Positions 38,730 through 49,644 of a stretch of 57,578 nucleotides of DNA are shown here, piece after piece (position 1 is the stretch's first letter; each line of letters starts with the position of its first letter). The notes under the pieces are model-generated. The model did not search any database. It had not been told where the DNA came from and saw nothing but the letters and a program-made list of their open reading frames with translations. Where the stretch lies: assembly GCA_019057865.1 (NCBI GenBank), contig JAHLWP010000026.1, positions 1 to 57,578 of the forward strand, written 5' to 3'. This DNA is from Promethearchaeota archaeon (GTDB lineage Archaea > Asgardarchaeota > Lokiarchaeia > Sigyniarchaeales > SOKP01). Position numbers and translations under genes: made by a program.

Positions 38730-40040
38730 TTAAAAATATTTGTTAATATCCACTTTTGGAAATTCTGCTATATCAAAACTCTTCCCTTTGGCTACTAGTG
38801 GTTTAGTCAAATCAAAACCTATTTTTGTCGTCATTTTTGTACCAAGCTCAGCACTTGGATCTAAACTACTTCCAGGTTCTTTATCTTTAATGACCATTCT
38901 AACATCTCCTTGAAAGCGAGTTGCCATTGCCCATTCTACCGAAAGAGGATCATAAATATTTATGTCTTTATCTACAATAAATACATGTTTACAACTTGTA
39001 TGGCCTGTAAAAGCACCTTCTATTGCCATTTTGCCATCTTCTTCGGATTTTTTATCAATTTGGACAATTGCATGTAACCAAGAACATCCACCAGGATTAA
39101 CATTCACATCTAAGCACTTAACACCTGCCTTATTTACCTCATTAAAAATGGTAGGTTCACGAGGCATTCCCATTAATATTTTATGTTCAAGTGCCCCTGG
39201 TAATAAGGCTTGCCAAATTGCATCCTTTCTATGCGTAATTTTCTTAACTTCAAAAACAGGTTCTTCTCTAACTATGTCATATGTCTCAGTAAGATCAACA
39301 AAAGGACCTTCAGAATGTTTTTCTTCCAAGTAAACACGTCCTTCTAAGACAAATTCAGCTTCTGCCGGAATTAAAAGATCAACTGAATTCGCTTTTACAA
39401 TATTGATAGGTTCTAATGCATTAGCAATATATAATTCATCAACTCCAATGTCTACAGAGGTGGCCCCTGCAATCAGAATGTTGGGAGTATTACCAATACA
39501 AAAGGCAACCTCTAATTCACCATTTTTTTCTAGAAATGTATGAAAATGTCGACCTCTTACTATTCGAGTGGAAAGTTTATCTTTAGAAAACTGCATTGCT
39601 CTATGAAAATCCATATTTTGTCCATAATCAGGGTCTCTTGTTATAACGACTGCAGAGCTAATGTAATTTCCTCCGTCTTTTTCGCAATGGAACAAAATTG
39701 GTAATTTATCTAAATCTACACTTGATTCGATTACTTCTTGACAAGGAGCTTTTGATATAACCTCTGGTTCTGAGTATTCTGATATTGCTTTAGAAAGCAT
39801 TGGTATGAGATCAGCAGGAGAAACACCAAAATATGACGCAATTACATTCTTAGTACAGATCATATTGCCAACTACCCGAAATTCAGATTCTTTAACATTA
39901 TTGAACATTACTGGAGTTGGTTCCATCTCTTTTAGAATTCCAGAAATCTCCAATTTCTTTGAAACTTCAACATCTACTTTTCGTAGACGTCCATCTTCAT
40001 CAAGTTTTTTTAAATATTCTCTAAAGCCCATAAAATTCAT
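38730..40040 (-). CDS. ubiD: UbiD-family decarboxylase, probable trans-anhydromevalonate 5-phosphate decarboxylase
   Basis: EAEFVLEG, EGPFVD, VDKDINI.D...VEWAMATR, GSSLDPS, KIGFD.T; mevalonate operon context. Confidence 0.88.
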   Translation of the reverse strand: MNFMGFREYLKKLDEDGRLRKVDVEVSKKLEISGILKEMEPTPVMFNNVKESEFRVVGNMICTKNVIASYFGVSPADLIPMLSKAISEYSEPEVISKAPCQEVIESSVDLDKLPILFHCEKDGGNYISSAVVITRDPDYGQNMDFHRAMQFSKDKLSTRIVRGRHFHTFLEKNGELEVAFCIGNTPNILIAGATSVDIGVDELYIANALEPINIVKANSVDLLIPAEAEFVLEGRVYLEEKHSEGPFVDLTETYDIVREEPVFEVKKITHRKDAIWQALLPGALEHKILMGMPREPTIFNEVNKAGVKCLDVNVNPGGCSWLHAIVQIDKKSEEDGKMAIEGAFTGHTSCKHVFIVDKDINIYDPLSVEWAMATRFQGDVRMVIKDKEPGSSLDPSAELGTKMTTKIGFDLTKPLVAKGKSFDIAEFPKVDINKYF

Positions 40041-40121
40041 CTTTTAAACTTTTTTATCATAATAAAATTATCAACATCAGTGATTTCTCTTAGAAGAGTT
40101 ATAGAAACACATTTTATAAAT

Positions 40122-41408
40122 CTAAAGGTTTTCACCATCTTCTATTTTTTTTAAAATTTCTTTAGCATAATCTACTCTAATTTTTTTATCTTCTACTAAT
40201 TTTCTGGCAACTTTTTCAATTAAATCGTCCGGGATGCCAGCAATTTTAGCAATATTCCGAGAATGTAGAGCCATATGACCTTCTTGAATACCTTCAGAAG
40301 CTAAGGCCCTTAAAGCAGCAACATTCTGGGCAAGTCCTAAAGCAGCTGCGATTTGTGAAAGTTCTTCAGCGCTCCTCACATTTAAGATTTTTAAAGCTAT
40401 TCGAGCCATTGGATGGATTTTCGTCATACCACCAATAATTCCTAGAGCTAAAGGTATTTCTATTTCTCCAACTAAATTTCCTACTGAATCGACTTTGAAT
40501 TTTGTTAATGGAGAATATCTTCCTTTTAAAGAAGCATAAGCATGAGCCCCTGCCTCAACTGCTCGTGTATCATTCCCAGTTGCTAAACTTAATGCGACGA
40601 TACCATTCATTATACCTTTATTATGCGTAGTTGCTCTATAAGGATCTGCTAGAGCAAATTCATATGCATTTAAAATCCCTTCAACAATTTCTTTTCCACC
40701 TAGCAGTTCTTTATCAAAAGTGGCTCTACTTCTAGCTAAGCGATGAATAGCTAAATTGGATACAATTCGGAGATAAATCTTTCCTCCACAGACTTCTTCT
40801 ATATAAGGACTAATAGCTTCAGCCATAGTATTTACTACATTTGCTCCCATTGCATCTAGAACATTTACTAATAAATGGAGAATAATCATCTTCCCCTTAT
40901 TAGTATTAATTTCTCTTATCTCTATATCCTGAGCTCCCCCACCTAACTTATTTAATACTGGATCCTGCTCATTAGCTATCTTTAATAGGATTTTTTTATT
41001 CTTTTCTAGAGTTTTTTTAGCTATTTCAATATCATTTAATTTTGTTAATTGAATCTGAGAAATCATAATTGATTTTACTTCTTCTGAGTGAAATCCACCA
41101 TGTTTTCGGGCCATCTTCGCTGCATTTGAGGCAGCTGCAACCACAGAAGGTTCTTCTATAACCATAGGGATAATATAATCTCTATCATTTATTTTAAAAT
41201 TAAAAGCAAGACCAAATGGTAATTGATAACTTCCTATCACATTTTCAATTAAAGTATCAATCTGAGCAGGAGTGAAATAGCCTAAATCCTTTAATATTTT
41301 TACTTCCTCTGGATCTAGATTAACTAAATTAGATAATAATTTTATACGCTCATCCATTGATAACTTGTAAAACCCAGAAATATCTGAACGAAATTCCTTC
41401 ATTACCAT
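40122..41408 (-). CDS. mvaA: HMG-CoA reductase, class II (bacterial type)
   Basis: IENVIG, EEPSVVAAAS, DAMGAN, RATTHNKGIMNG, EGIQEGHMALH. Confidence 0.93.
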   Translation of the reverse strand: MVMKEFRSDISGFYKLSMDERIKLLSNLVNLDPEEVKILKDLGYFTPAQIDTLIENVIGSYQLPFGLAFNFKINDRDYIIPMVIEEPSVVAAASNAAKMARKHGGFHSEEVKSIMISQIQLTKLNDIEIAKKTLEKNKKILLKIANEQDPVLNKLGGGAQDIEIREINTNKGKMIILHLLVNVLDAMGANVVNTMAEAISPYIEEVCGGKIYLRIVSNLAIHRLARSRATFDKELLGGKEIVEGILNAYEFALADPYRATTHNKGIMNGIVALSLATGNDTRAVEAGAHAYASLKGRYSPLTKFKVDSVGNLVGEIEIPLALGIIGGMTKIHPMARIALKILNVRSAEELSQIAAALGLAQNVAALRALASEGIQEGHMALHSRNIAKIAGIPDDLIEKVARKLVEDKKIRVDYAKEILKKIEDGENL

Positions 41409-41515
41409 TTCACCAATTTAAAAACTAATAAATTTTACTAAATCTTTTCGCAATCTTTTTGCAAAGGGAGATTTATGCTTATCGATGTAATAATTAACCA
41501 ATATAGGAATTTGAG

Positions 41516-43150
41516 TCAATATATGTGGTGAACAGGAATAGGTATGTAAATGGGAATCCAGTTTAATAATCCTTTTGCGTTTATGTTTTCTTCATTTTCA
41601 TTTTCGACTCTTCTTACTTCATATTCCAAGGAATTACCTTTGTTAACATGACCAGCCACTCTTACATAGCCTTTATTTAAATAACTAAGATCATTAAATT
41701 CATTATGAGCAACTGGTTCAGATGCCAATACAGCAAATAGAGGGAAAAATCTTTTATGAAATCCTGAGTGACCTTTAGGACAGCGGTCTAATCCCTCAAT
41801 ATTTGGAATAATACATCCCTCATCACAAAAGTGAAGTGTAAAACCTCTATTTTTGTTTTGTTTGTGTTCAGTAATCCTTCCTAGTAAGATTATTGGTTTA
41901 ACGTCACCATTTTTTATTAATTCATATTCTAAAACGCTTTTCTTTTTCTTTAAGTGAATATAGTCATTTATTTTTGGTCCCTTTTGAACAATTTCTTTAA
42001 ACCGATCCTGGACTTTTAAAAGACCAGAAATACATGTAGCTCCTGAACCATACGAACCAAAATAAATTATATCATTTACGTGAGCATGATTTTCGAGAAG
42101 GAAAACGATCTGAGCCCAAACACTAGCATTGTACATGTTTCCAAAATGCAAAGGAACTCGTAATTGAGGTAATACTTTCGCTTTTACATTGGTGTTCAAC
42201 CAATTTGAAAATCTTTCTAAAGCTGTTGAAGAAAATCCACTTTCATTAAGTTTTAAATAAATATATTCTGGAAGGACGGTAACATCATGTAAGAATGAAT
42301 CAATTTTTTTCAGAATTGATGACCTAAATTTATGTCGTTCAAAACTTGGTAAATCACTAATATGTTTTATCCAACGTTTCAATATAATTTGTTGCATACA
42401 TTTTAATGGTAACTTAGAATATGGAGCGTGAAACGAGTAAAAATCAGCATGAAAATCCCCAATATTGCTAATTAGATCATCGTAAGCCTTTAATTGAAAG
42501 TCAAGATATGTATCTTGAGAATATCTACCAAAAGCTCTCGCATTTTTGTCATTCGCAGGTCTAAAAAAGTCATTTACATTTCCAGAGACTTTTCCGAATT
42601 TCTCACTAAATGTAGCGATTCGTGGATTTTTCGATATTACAAGTCCAATTGCTCCTGAACCCTGTGTTGGCTCACCTGGAGAACCTAATTGATATGATGA
42701 GATATCTGCACTTATAATAAGAGCTTTGCTTATAATTTCTTTTTCAATAAGGGCAATTGCATTAAGAATTGCTAGTGTACCACCAGCGCAAGCGTTATAA
42801 ATATCTTGAGTTAACGCGTTGGAGGAAATCTCTAACATTTCAGCGAAGATATTTGAGATACTCTTCGCTGCATATACTTCGGTCTCCGTTCCTACGAATA
42901 ATGCGTCAATACTCTTAGGAGGAATTTTTCCCCTCTGTAAAGCATTATACCCTGCTTTTAATCCAAGAGAGATAATATCTTCATCCACTTCAGGGATTCG
43001 TATTTCTTTAGATAGAAGCCCTTTACTATATTTAGCAGGATCTACTTTTCTTTTCAGTGCTAGTTCTGCTAATTTCAAATAAGATCTTGGAGCTGCGAAA
43101 GAAGCACTATCAATCCCTATGTTTCCAAATAAATGATCATCACTTATCAT
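41516..43150 (-). CDS. mvaS: HMG-CoA synthase with C-terminal DUF35-like extension
   Basis: VGTE, NACAGGT, GEPTQGSGA, DFFRP, FHAPY.K, GNMYNAS, SYGSG; about 110 extra C-terminal residues. Confidence 0.9.
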   Translation of the reverse strand: MISDDHLFGNIGIDSASFAAPRSYLKLAELALKRKVDPAKYSKGLLSKEIRIPEVDEDIISLGLKAGYNALQRGKIPPKSIDALFVGTETEVYAAKSISNIFAEMLEISSNALTQDIYNACAGGTLAILNAIALIEKEIISKALIISADISSYQLGSPGEPTQGSGAIGLVISKNPRIATFSEKFGKVSGNVNDFFRPANDKNARAFGRYSQDTYLDFQLKAYDDLISNIGDFHADFYSFHAPYSKLPLKCMQQIILKRWIKHISDLPSFERHKFRSSILKKIDSFLHDVTVLPEYIYLKLNESGFSSTALERFSNWLNTNVKAKVLPQLRVPLHFGNMYNASVWAQIVFLLENHAHVNDIIYFGSYGSGATCISGLLKVQDRFKEIVQKGPKINDYIHLKKKKSVLEYELIKNGDVKPIILLGRITEHKQNKNRGFTLHFCDEGCIIPNIEGLDRCPKGHSGFHKRFFPLFAVLASEPVAHNEFNDLSYLNKGYVRVAGHVNKGNSLEYEVRRVENENEENINAKGLLNWIPIYIPIPVHHIY

Positions 43151-43471
43151 TACCGTAATTGCCCGTTTTTATGTATAATGCTTTGAAATTCTAAATAAAA
43201 TCAAAATTTATTATAATGAATTTTTATTTAAACGTTTGTTTTATTAAAATTTTTAAAGAACCTACCGTTAAATACCTTTTCTTTTTTTTCTCAGACTCTT
43301 AAGAATATCAACAGTTCATATTATTATATATAGTGAATCCAAAATCTTTACAAAAATGCTTGATCAAAATCATAGAATTGATGATTATCAGATATGATTA
43401 GTATATCATAAAATTATATATTGATTATTCATATTCTTATTTGTAGTAATTTGCAAATTTAGGTAAAAATT

Positions 43472-44197
43472 TTGGAAGAATTAAAAAATGTAGATAGGGA
43501 TAAATTACCTAAACATATTGGCTTAATTCTCGATGGGAATCGCCGTTGGGCAAGAAAAAATAACATGGCTACTCATTTAGGCCATCTAGTAGGATATAGA
43601 ACTTTAAGAGAGAGATTATTTGATTTTTTTGATGCCGGGATTCGATATCTAACAATATATGTCCTCTCACTTGAAAATGCTAGAAAGAGGAGCCCTGAAG
43701 AATTAAAGTACATCTATAAGATTATGTTAAAAGCTGTCGATACTGTTATAAAAGAATCAATAATAAGAGAAGAGAAAATAAAAATAAATGTTATTGGAAG
43801 ATTATCTGTATTACCTAACGGTGTTCAGGAAAAAATTAAAAAGTTAAATGAATTTACTAAGGACCATGACCATGCATTTTTGAATGTATGTATTATGTAT
43901 GACGGACAAGAAGAAATCGTAGATGCTGTAAAAAAGATTATTAAGGATAATGTTAATGAAGATGATATTGATCGAGAATTAATTAAAAACTATCTCTATA
44001 CTAATAATTTTCCAGAATTAGATTATATAATCAGAACTGGGATGAAAGACGGTGCTAGAATTTCAGGATTTTTATTGTGGGATGCGTCCTATGCGGAATT
44101 TAAATTTCGATCTGATTATTGGCCGGATTATAGTAGAGAAATGCTTATTGAAGATCTAAAAGACTATATTAAAAGAGTTAGGCGAAAGGGGGAATAA
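43472..44197 (+). CDS. uppS: cis-Prenyltransferase (undecaprenyl/polyprenyl diphosphate synthase)
   Basis: HIGLILDGNRRWA, SLEN..R, IIRTG...RISGFLLW..SYAE, C-terminal RRKG. Confidence 0.95.
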   Translation: MEELKNVDRDKLPKHIGLILDGNRRWARKNNMATHLGHLVGYRTLRERLFDFFDAGIRYLTIYVLSLENARKRSPEELKYIYKIMLKAVDTVIKESIIREEKIKINVIGRLSVLPNGVQEKIKKLNEFTKDHDHAFLNVCIMYDGQEEIVDAVKKIIKDNVNEDDIDRELIKNYLYTNNFPELDYIIRTGMKDGARISGFLLWDASYAEFKFRSDYWPDYSREMLIEDLKDYIKRVRRKGE

Positions 44198-44362
44198 AAT
44201 CTTTTTATTATCTAATAAGGATATTGAGTTCTTGTTTTAAACTACTTTTTTGAAATTACTCAAGCTCACTGAAATGTCATGGTAATAATACTTAAACCTA
44301 AAAAAGTATGCGATATTTTCGATTAACATAGTAAAAAAGAATAAAAAAATAAATCGTTAAAT

Positions 44363-46090
44363 ATGTCAAATGCTAGTAGCGTTATTTCTTTGAATATTAC
44401 ACAGTTTCCTCAAAATCTTATAATTCCCAATGTGGCCAATGTTGTATCAATCCAAGTAATAAACAATTCAAGCAAAAATGAAAATTATCAGTTTAGTTTT
44501 GAGGGAGAAAATTTAAACATTAGTGTTAAACCAGACGAATTTAATGAACAAGTTGAATTTGGACCTGGAGAAACTAAAAATATAGAATTGAGATTAACTC
44601 CTACTGCTGATGGTTTTGGAAAATTAACTATTAATGCTAATTGGTTAAAAATCGTTCAATACACGGTTAAAGTACAAAAAGTAAGAGATGTTGCATCTAC
44701 AAGTAAAATAAAACAGATTTTAGGAAAAAAAGAATATAATCTCTCCAAAACTATTGAGAAATTGAATCCGAATGAATTTTTTATTTCTATGGATAAAAAT
44801 GAGTTAAAACAATTAGAAAAACAATATAGCTCAATAAAAAGAAGTCCAGAACGTTCTAATCAAGAAATTGAAAGTATGATTCAGCAATTAGCAAAAGGAT
44901 ATCTAGCAAATAATAATCCCCAGAAAGCATTGGAGTTCGCTTTGGAAATTCCAGACGATACTGAAAAAATGAACTTCTATTATAACATAATTAGAGCATA
45001 TGCATCGATTAATTTTGACTATACTTTTCAAATGGTCCAAGGTATAAGTGATATAAATCTTAAGCAAACATTACTCCATTATCTAGCATTTGATCGAATA
45101 GATACTGATATTTCACAAGCCACCAGTATTTCTAATTTTGTTGGCGATGAGTTATTAAAAGCTAAATTGCTTTTCTTTATCTCTAAAAAACTCTATGAAA
45201 CAAACAAAAAATTAGAAATTGTTAATAATTTAAACCAAATTATCTCCATACTTGCGAAATCTATAGTACTTAATTCTAATAATAAAAAAATAAAGAATAA
45301 ATCTTATGAGTTTCTTAAGGATGCGATTTGGGTTTTGGCAGAAATTAATAGTCCTCAAACAGCAGATACTATTATTGAAGCAATACCATCACAAGAACTT
45401 AAAGAAAAAGTTGCTATGGATTTATTTAATGTAATTTATGAGATGGTGGATGAGATTAGAACTAAAGTAGAATCTACGCTCATTTCTTCTCAATATTTTA
45501 TATTAAATACTTATGCATCAACAGTTAACGAAAATTTGAAAAATTTCTCTCTTATTGGTGGAAATGTAAGTAATAATATTTTAGCAAAGGACTTCAATTT
45601 TAATGTCGCATTACTTTCTCTATTTAGCTTTGATTTTAGTATCTTTCCGATTTTAGATAGAGTGTATAATGACTTAAGATATAGCTTAAATAAATCAATT
45701 GCATATTACATCCTCCCTTCAAAAGAGAATTACAACGAAAGTGAATTAGGAGTCTTAAATTATACTTTAAAACTGTTTTTTGACAATTTAGCAAGGAGCT
45801 CGAGTCAAGTATTTGTATATAATTTAGACTTTATTCCCTATTTAGGAAAACCAACTATAATTATATCATCTGAACAAGATATATTTGATTATATCAATTC
45901 TAAAATAAAAAAACTTGGAGATTTTGTTAATCTGATAATAGATGATTCATTATTTAAGGGAGGTAAGATTGTTGAAAACTTAAATCAGATTTTACCTCCT
46001 AATAAATGCAGAGTTATTAATTTAGTTTTATCTTATGAATTCATTAATGATTATAATACATTTAAAGCCTTTATTCAATCACTAATTTAG
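44363..46090 (+). CDS. Multidomain hypothetical protein (Ig-like N-terminus, helical solenoid, alpha/beta C-terminus)
   Basis: N-terminal beta strands with PGETKNIEL.LTP; helical repeats; C-terminal VYNLDFIP. Confidence 0.7.
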   Translation: MSNASSVISLNITQFPQNLIIPNVANVVSIQVINNSSKNENYQFSFEGENLNISVKPDEFNEQVEFGPGETKNIELRLTPTADGFGKLTINANWLKIVQYTVKVQKVRDVASTSKIKQILGKKEYNLSKTIEKLNPNEFFISMDKNELKQLEKQYSSIKRSPERSNQEIESMIQQLAKGYLANNNPQKALEFALEIPDDTEKMNFYYNIIRAYASINFDYTFQMVQGISDINLKQTLLHYLAFDRIDTDISQATSISNFVGDELLKAKLLFFISKKLYETNKKLEIVNNLNQIISILAKSIVLNSNNKKIKNKSYEFLKDAIWVLAEINSPQTADTIIEAIPSQELKEKVAMDLFNVIYEMVDEIRTKVESTLISSQYFILNTYASTVNENLKNFSLIGGNVSNNILAKDFNFNVALLSLFSFDFSIFPILDRVYNDLRYSLNKSIAYYILPSKENYNESELGVLNYTLKLFFDNLARSSSQVFVYNLDFIPYLGKPTIIISSEQDIFDYINSKIKKLGDFVNLIIDDSLFKGGKIVENLNQILPPNKCRVINLVLSYEFINDYNTFKAFIQSLI

Positions 46091-46202
46091 CTAATAATTT
46101 ATTGAACAAAAGTATTTATTGAAATTCTATTATATATATTGTAAAAATTTAATCGTAAATTGTCAAAATAGAAGTAAGTACAAAACAAAAGGGCACCCCT
46201 CT

Positions 46203-47867
46203 ATGGCAAAAGATAAGAAAAAGAAGAAACAGAAAAAAGCTAAGAAAAGTAAAGGCGGAGGAGATATATTTGCACAGACAAAGGCTCAAAAAGGTAAAGC
46301 CAGAGCTGGAGCATGGTATACGCTCGGGAATTCTATTGATAGATCTCATGATCAATTGTTTTTAGGTACAGATTATAGAGAAGTGTATATTAATGAACGA
46401 CCATGGCCAGAAATGCTTGCTGATGTAGAATACTGGACCCCCTTACCTTTCACACACGGAATAGAAATGGAATTAATCATAGCTGATGACAATGGAAATT
46501 ACCCCCCTGGAGATGAAATGGTTTTTCGGATGAAAGAAATTGTTAAAGATTCCATTAAAATAATGGATCAAATTCTATATGAAGGAAGATCTGATTTCCT
46601 CCCCGTTCCAGATTACATTAGGCAAAAAGTCTTAGCTAGACCTTGGGGGCGTGATGACATTGAAAAGGGGTATGCTATGGATATTCGATATCAATTACCT
46701 AATGACGCTTACGTGGATATTGATACGTTTGCTAGAGATGGAAATGTCACTGCAATTACATATATATTAGAATTGGTTACACCGCCTGCAGAATTTGTAG
46801 AGGAGCTGGCATATTGGGCTTCGACCTTATTTCTGTTAGCTAAAGCGACTCTACCAAAAGATCTTCATATTATCGCTTCTGCTATAAATCCTGCAACTCG
46901 TGAATATATGCGAGGAGTATCTCAAGCAGATCATAGCCACATCGGTACTTTTGAATCAGAATTAGAAAAAGTTCAAGCTTATTGTATGATTAGAAATTTT
47001 ATACCTCATATCATTGCTCTCACATGTAATTCACCTATATTAAATAATAAACCGACCGATGTAGTTAAGATTATAAATAACAGAATAACTGCGCCTAATT
47101 GTGTAAGGTCATTAAGATTAAAATATAACACCACAATGTTAAGTGGGAATGATCCACAACATTATATTCCATATTTAACTGATCTTAGTGAGAATTCTAT
47201 AAATTATTTTCTGCAGACTGTCCAGAAAGCAAGTCTTGAAGATGGACGCTTCCAAGACGTGTTTCCCGCCACAGATTTCGGAACTATAGAGGTTAGAATT
47301 AGTGATGCACAAATCTCAATCTGTCGTAGAATTGGTGTAGCACTTTTAATACAAGCTATGTGTTATAAAGCAAGAAAACTTCTAAAAAAAGGAGTGTGGG
47401 TGCCCGATGCAGGGAGTGCAACAATAGCATACAATAGAAAAGCAGCCATAGAAAGAGGGTTAATAGCTCTATTTCGACCTCAAAATCTTACACGAGAACA
47501 TCTTGCTAAATATGATCGTGAGTTTGCAGAGCAATATTTAGGTCCTGCAAATCAACCTATAAGATATATGATGCAAGCTGTTCAGAGAATGTTTTTCTAC
47601 TTAAAAGACGAGCTAAAAGAGCTTGGTTTTCTCTATTCTCCTTTTCTGAAACCATTGCTGCAATCTGTTTTTGGAAGTGTAAGTTATGCTGAGCCTCCAA
47701 TTACGGAAGCAGAGTATCAACTTTCGTTGTATGATTATAAGTTAAAAAATGGTGAAAATCCGAATATCTTATATGATTTAATCTATTTTACTATTCAATA
47801 TTGTCAAGATCCTTTAAATAATCCGCTCACGGGGGTTTTGACTCTTCCAAAAGAAATGCGAGATTAA
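46203..47867 (+). CDS. Glutamate-cysteine ligase family 2 (GCS2/YbdK-like) carboxylate-amine ligase
   Basis: GIEMELIIAD, ILELVTP, HSHIG, ALTCNSP, RSLR, GTIEVRISDAQ; ATG 46203 preferred over TTG 46119. Confidence 0.8.
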   Translation: MAKDKKKKKQKKAKKSKGGGDIFAQTKAQKGKARAGAWYTLGNSIDRSHDQLFLGTDYREVYINERPWPEMLADVEYWTPLPFTHGIEMELIIADDNGNYPPGDEMVFRMKEIVKDSIKIMDQILYEGRSDFLPVPDYIRQKVLARPWGRDDIEKGYAMDIRYQLPNDAYVDIDTFARDGNVTAITYILELVTPPAEFVEELAYWASTLFLLAKATLPKDLHIIASAINPATREYMRGVSQADHSHIGTFESELEKVQAYCMIRNFIPHIIALTCNSPILNNKPTDVVKIINNRITAPNCVRSLRLKYNTTMLSGNDPQHYIPYLTDLSENSINYFLQTVQKASLEDGRFQDVFPATDFGTIEVRISDAQISICRRIGVALLIQAMCYKARKLLKKGVWVPDAGSATIAYNRKAAIERGLIALFRPQNLTREHLAKYDREFAEQYLGPANQPIRYMMQAVQRMFFYLKDELKELGFLYSPFLKPLLQSVFGSVSYAEPPITEAEYQLSLYDYKLKNGENPNILYDLIYFTIQYCQDPLNNPLTGVLTLPKEMRD

Positions 47868-47898
47868 AATAAATAAAAAAGTATTTTGAGTTAAAACA

Positions 47899-49443
47899 AT
47901 GCTTACAGCAACGATAGAGCAAGATGGGAAAAAAAGAGTAGAGCAAATATTTGTAGTTGACGCCCATTCACACTTAGGTCAGGATGTAGATGGCGCCACA
48001 AACATGAACCCTTCTTCTCCAGGTGGTACCTTTGATTTCTGGGGCAATGTTCAAGGAAGAATTAAAGCAGATTGGGAAAAAACTGGAGAGCAATCATTTA
48101 CTACAACTATAAATGGAAAATTTACAAAATTATCTTGGTCTTTTACCCCATATCCATTTACTGATAATTTATATAGTGCCCTACAAAAGATAGGAAAAAG
48201 ACATTCTGATTTAAAAGAAAAATCTAAATTTTATGCTTTTATAGATCAGGGCGTAGTTTTTCCTTTCCAAGATGTCTTCAGAGGAAAACATCCTGAAGCG
48301 TTATATCGAGCAAGTAATATAAATGTTTCACGTTTTACAACCCGTTTTCCTTTCTCAATGAAATTAGTTGGATATGGTCGCTGTGATCCAATGGAAGGAC
48401 AAAAAGCGGTTAATGAAGTGAAATATGTAAGAGAAGTTTTAGGACTTCGAGGTTTAAAATTACATCCCCGCTCAGAAGGATATATTGATAAAATAACTTC
48501 TGAAAAAGTAATTAATGTTCTTGTTGAAGCGGCATCATACTCTATGCCAGTTATCTTTGATACTAGAGGAAGAGGTTCAATTTTAGAAATAGGAAAATTA
48601 ATAAGGTCTGCAAGAAATGTAATTCAATCTAATTATCCTGATTTATTACCTCATTTTAAAGTAATTATTGCTCATTTTGCTCAAGGGAATATTGATGATT
48701 ATGAGGTGTATAATACCATAGTTCAGCCAAATACGTATGGAGATCTCTCAATGTTGCATGGTGCAGGTGCTGGCAACTTTTTTGAAAGTTTTCGAAGATG
48801 GTTTCAATCAAATCGTAAAGAAAGAGTAAATAATCGAACATGGTCAGAATATCTCCTTTTTGCTTCTGATTTTCCTTATTTTGGAGATGTGCATGCTGAA
48901 AAACTTATGATATACGTTATTAATAAACAATTCTTTGACACTGGTGGAACTCTTCAAGATGTTAGAAATATTCTTGGCTTAAACCAGTTAAGAGTTTTAC
49001 CTGAATATAACCTCCCTCAACTTTCAAAGGATAGTAAATCCTTACCAAGCTTAATGGTCTCTAATCCCTTATTTAAACAAAATAATATGAGTACATATGA
49101 TATATCAATTAGAGCTCTGGCAAAATTAATTGTTGAGAACAAGATTGATATTAAAAATTTCTGTTTGCAATTTAAAGATTCATGGGATACCTTAAGTGAG
49201 GATATTTTAATGACTACAATATCTAATAGTAAAAAACAAGAAATGAATCTATTATTCATGAATTTAGTGAGAGATAAAATCTCTTTATTTGCTCCTTTAC
49301 AGCCTAAGATAGCTTGGAAAAAATTTGGTTACAAATATTTTAATCCCGAAGATCGTGCATTCTTTGCATCAGTATTTAAACAAAATTATTTATCCATGGA
49401 TCTTAATAAAACATCAGAAATGTTGGCGCAGATTTATACATAA
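47899..49443 (+). CDS. Amidohydrolase_2 family metal-dependent hydrolase with C-terminal extra domain
   Basis: VDAHSHLG, GLKLHP, IIAHF, LFASDFPY, NILGLN. Confidence 0.85.
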   Translation: MLTATIEQDGKKRVEQIFVVDAHSHLGQDVDGATNMNPSSPGGTFDFWGNVQGRIKADWEKTGEQSFTTTINGKFTKLSWSFTPYPFTDNLYSALQKIGKRHSDLKEKSKFYAFIDQGVVFPFQDVFRGKHPEALYRASNINVSRFTTRFPFSMKLVGYGRCDPMEGQKAVNEVKYVREVLGLRGLKLHPRSEGYIDKITSEKVINVLVEAASYSMPVIFDTRGRGSILEIGKLIRSARNVIQSNYPDLLPHFKVIIAHFAQGNIDDYEVYNTIVQPNTYGDLSMLHGAGAGNFFESFRRWFQSNRKERVNNRTWSEYLLFASDFPYFGDVHAEKLMIYVINKQFFDTGGTLQDVRNILGLNQLRVLPEYNLPQLSKDSKSLPSLMVSNPLFKQNNMSTYDISIRALAKLIVENKIDIKNFCLQFKDSWDTLSEDILMTTISNSKKQEMNLLFMNLVRDKISLFAPLQPKIAWKKFGYKYFNPEDRAFFASVFKQNYLSMDLNKTSEMLAQIYT

Positions 49444-49644
49444 AATCTCTTCTTATTTAAACTTAAATTTCATTAAATTTTTATTATACGTTAGTAATTT
49501 CATTCTTTAATATTACTTATCATATGTCAGAAAAGATCTCAACTATGATAAAAAGATAAAACAATTAAAATTGATTAACATATTATTAATCAATAGATAA
49601 ATGAGCAAGAAACTTAATAATTAAAAACCATCAGGGATAAAATA

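Noticed and set aside
33611-40040. ubiD/ubiX as ubiquinone or aromatic-acid decarboxylation genes
   Set aside because: Co-location with AcnX subunits, MVK and IPK fits the modified mevalonate pathway better
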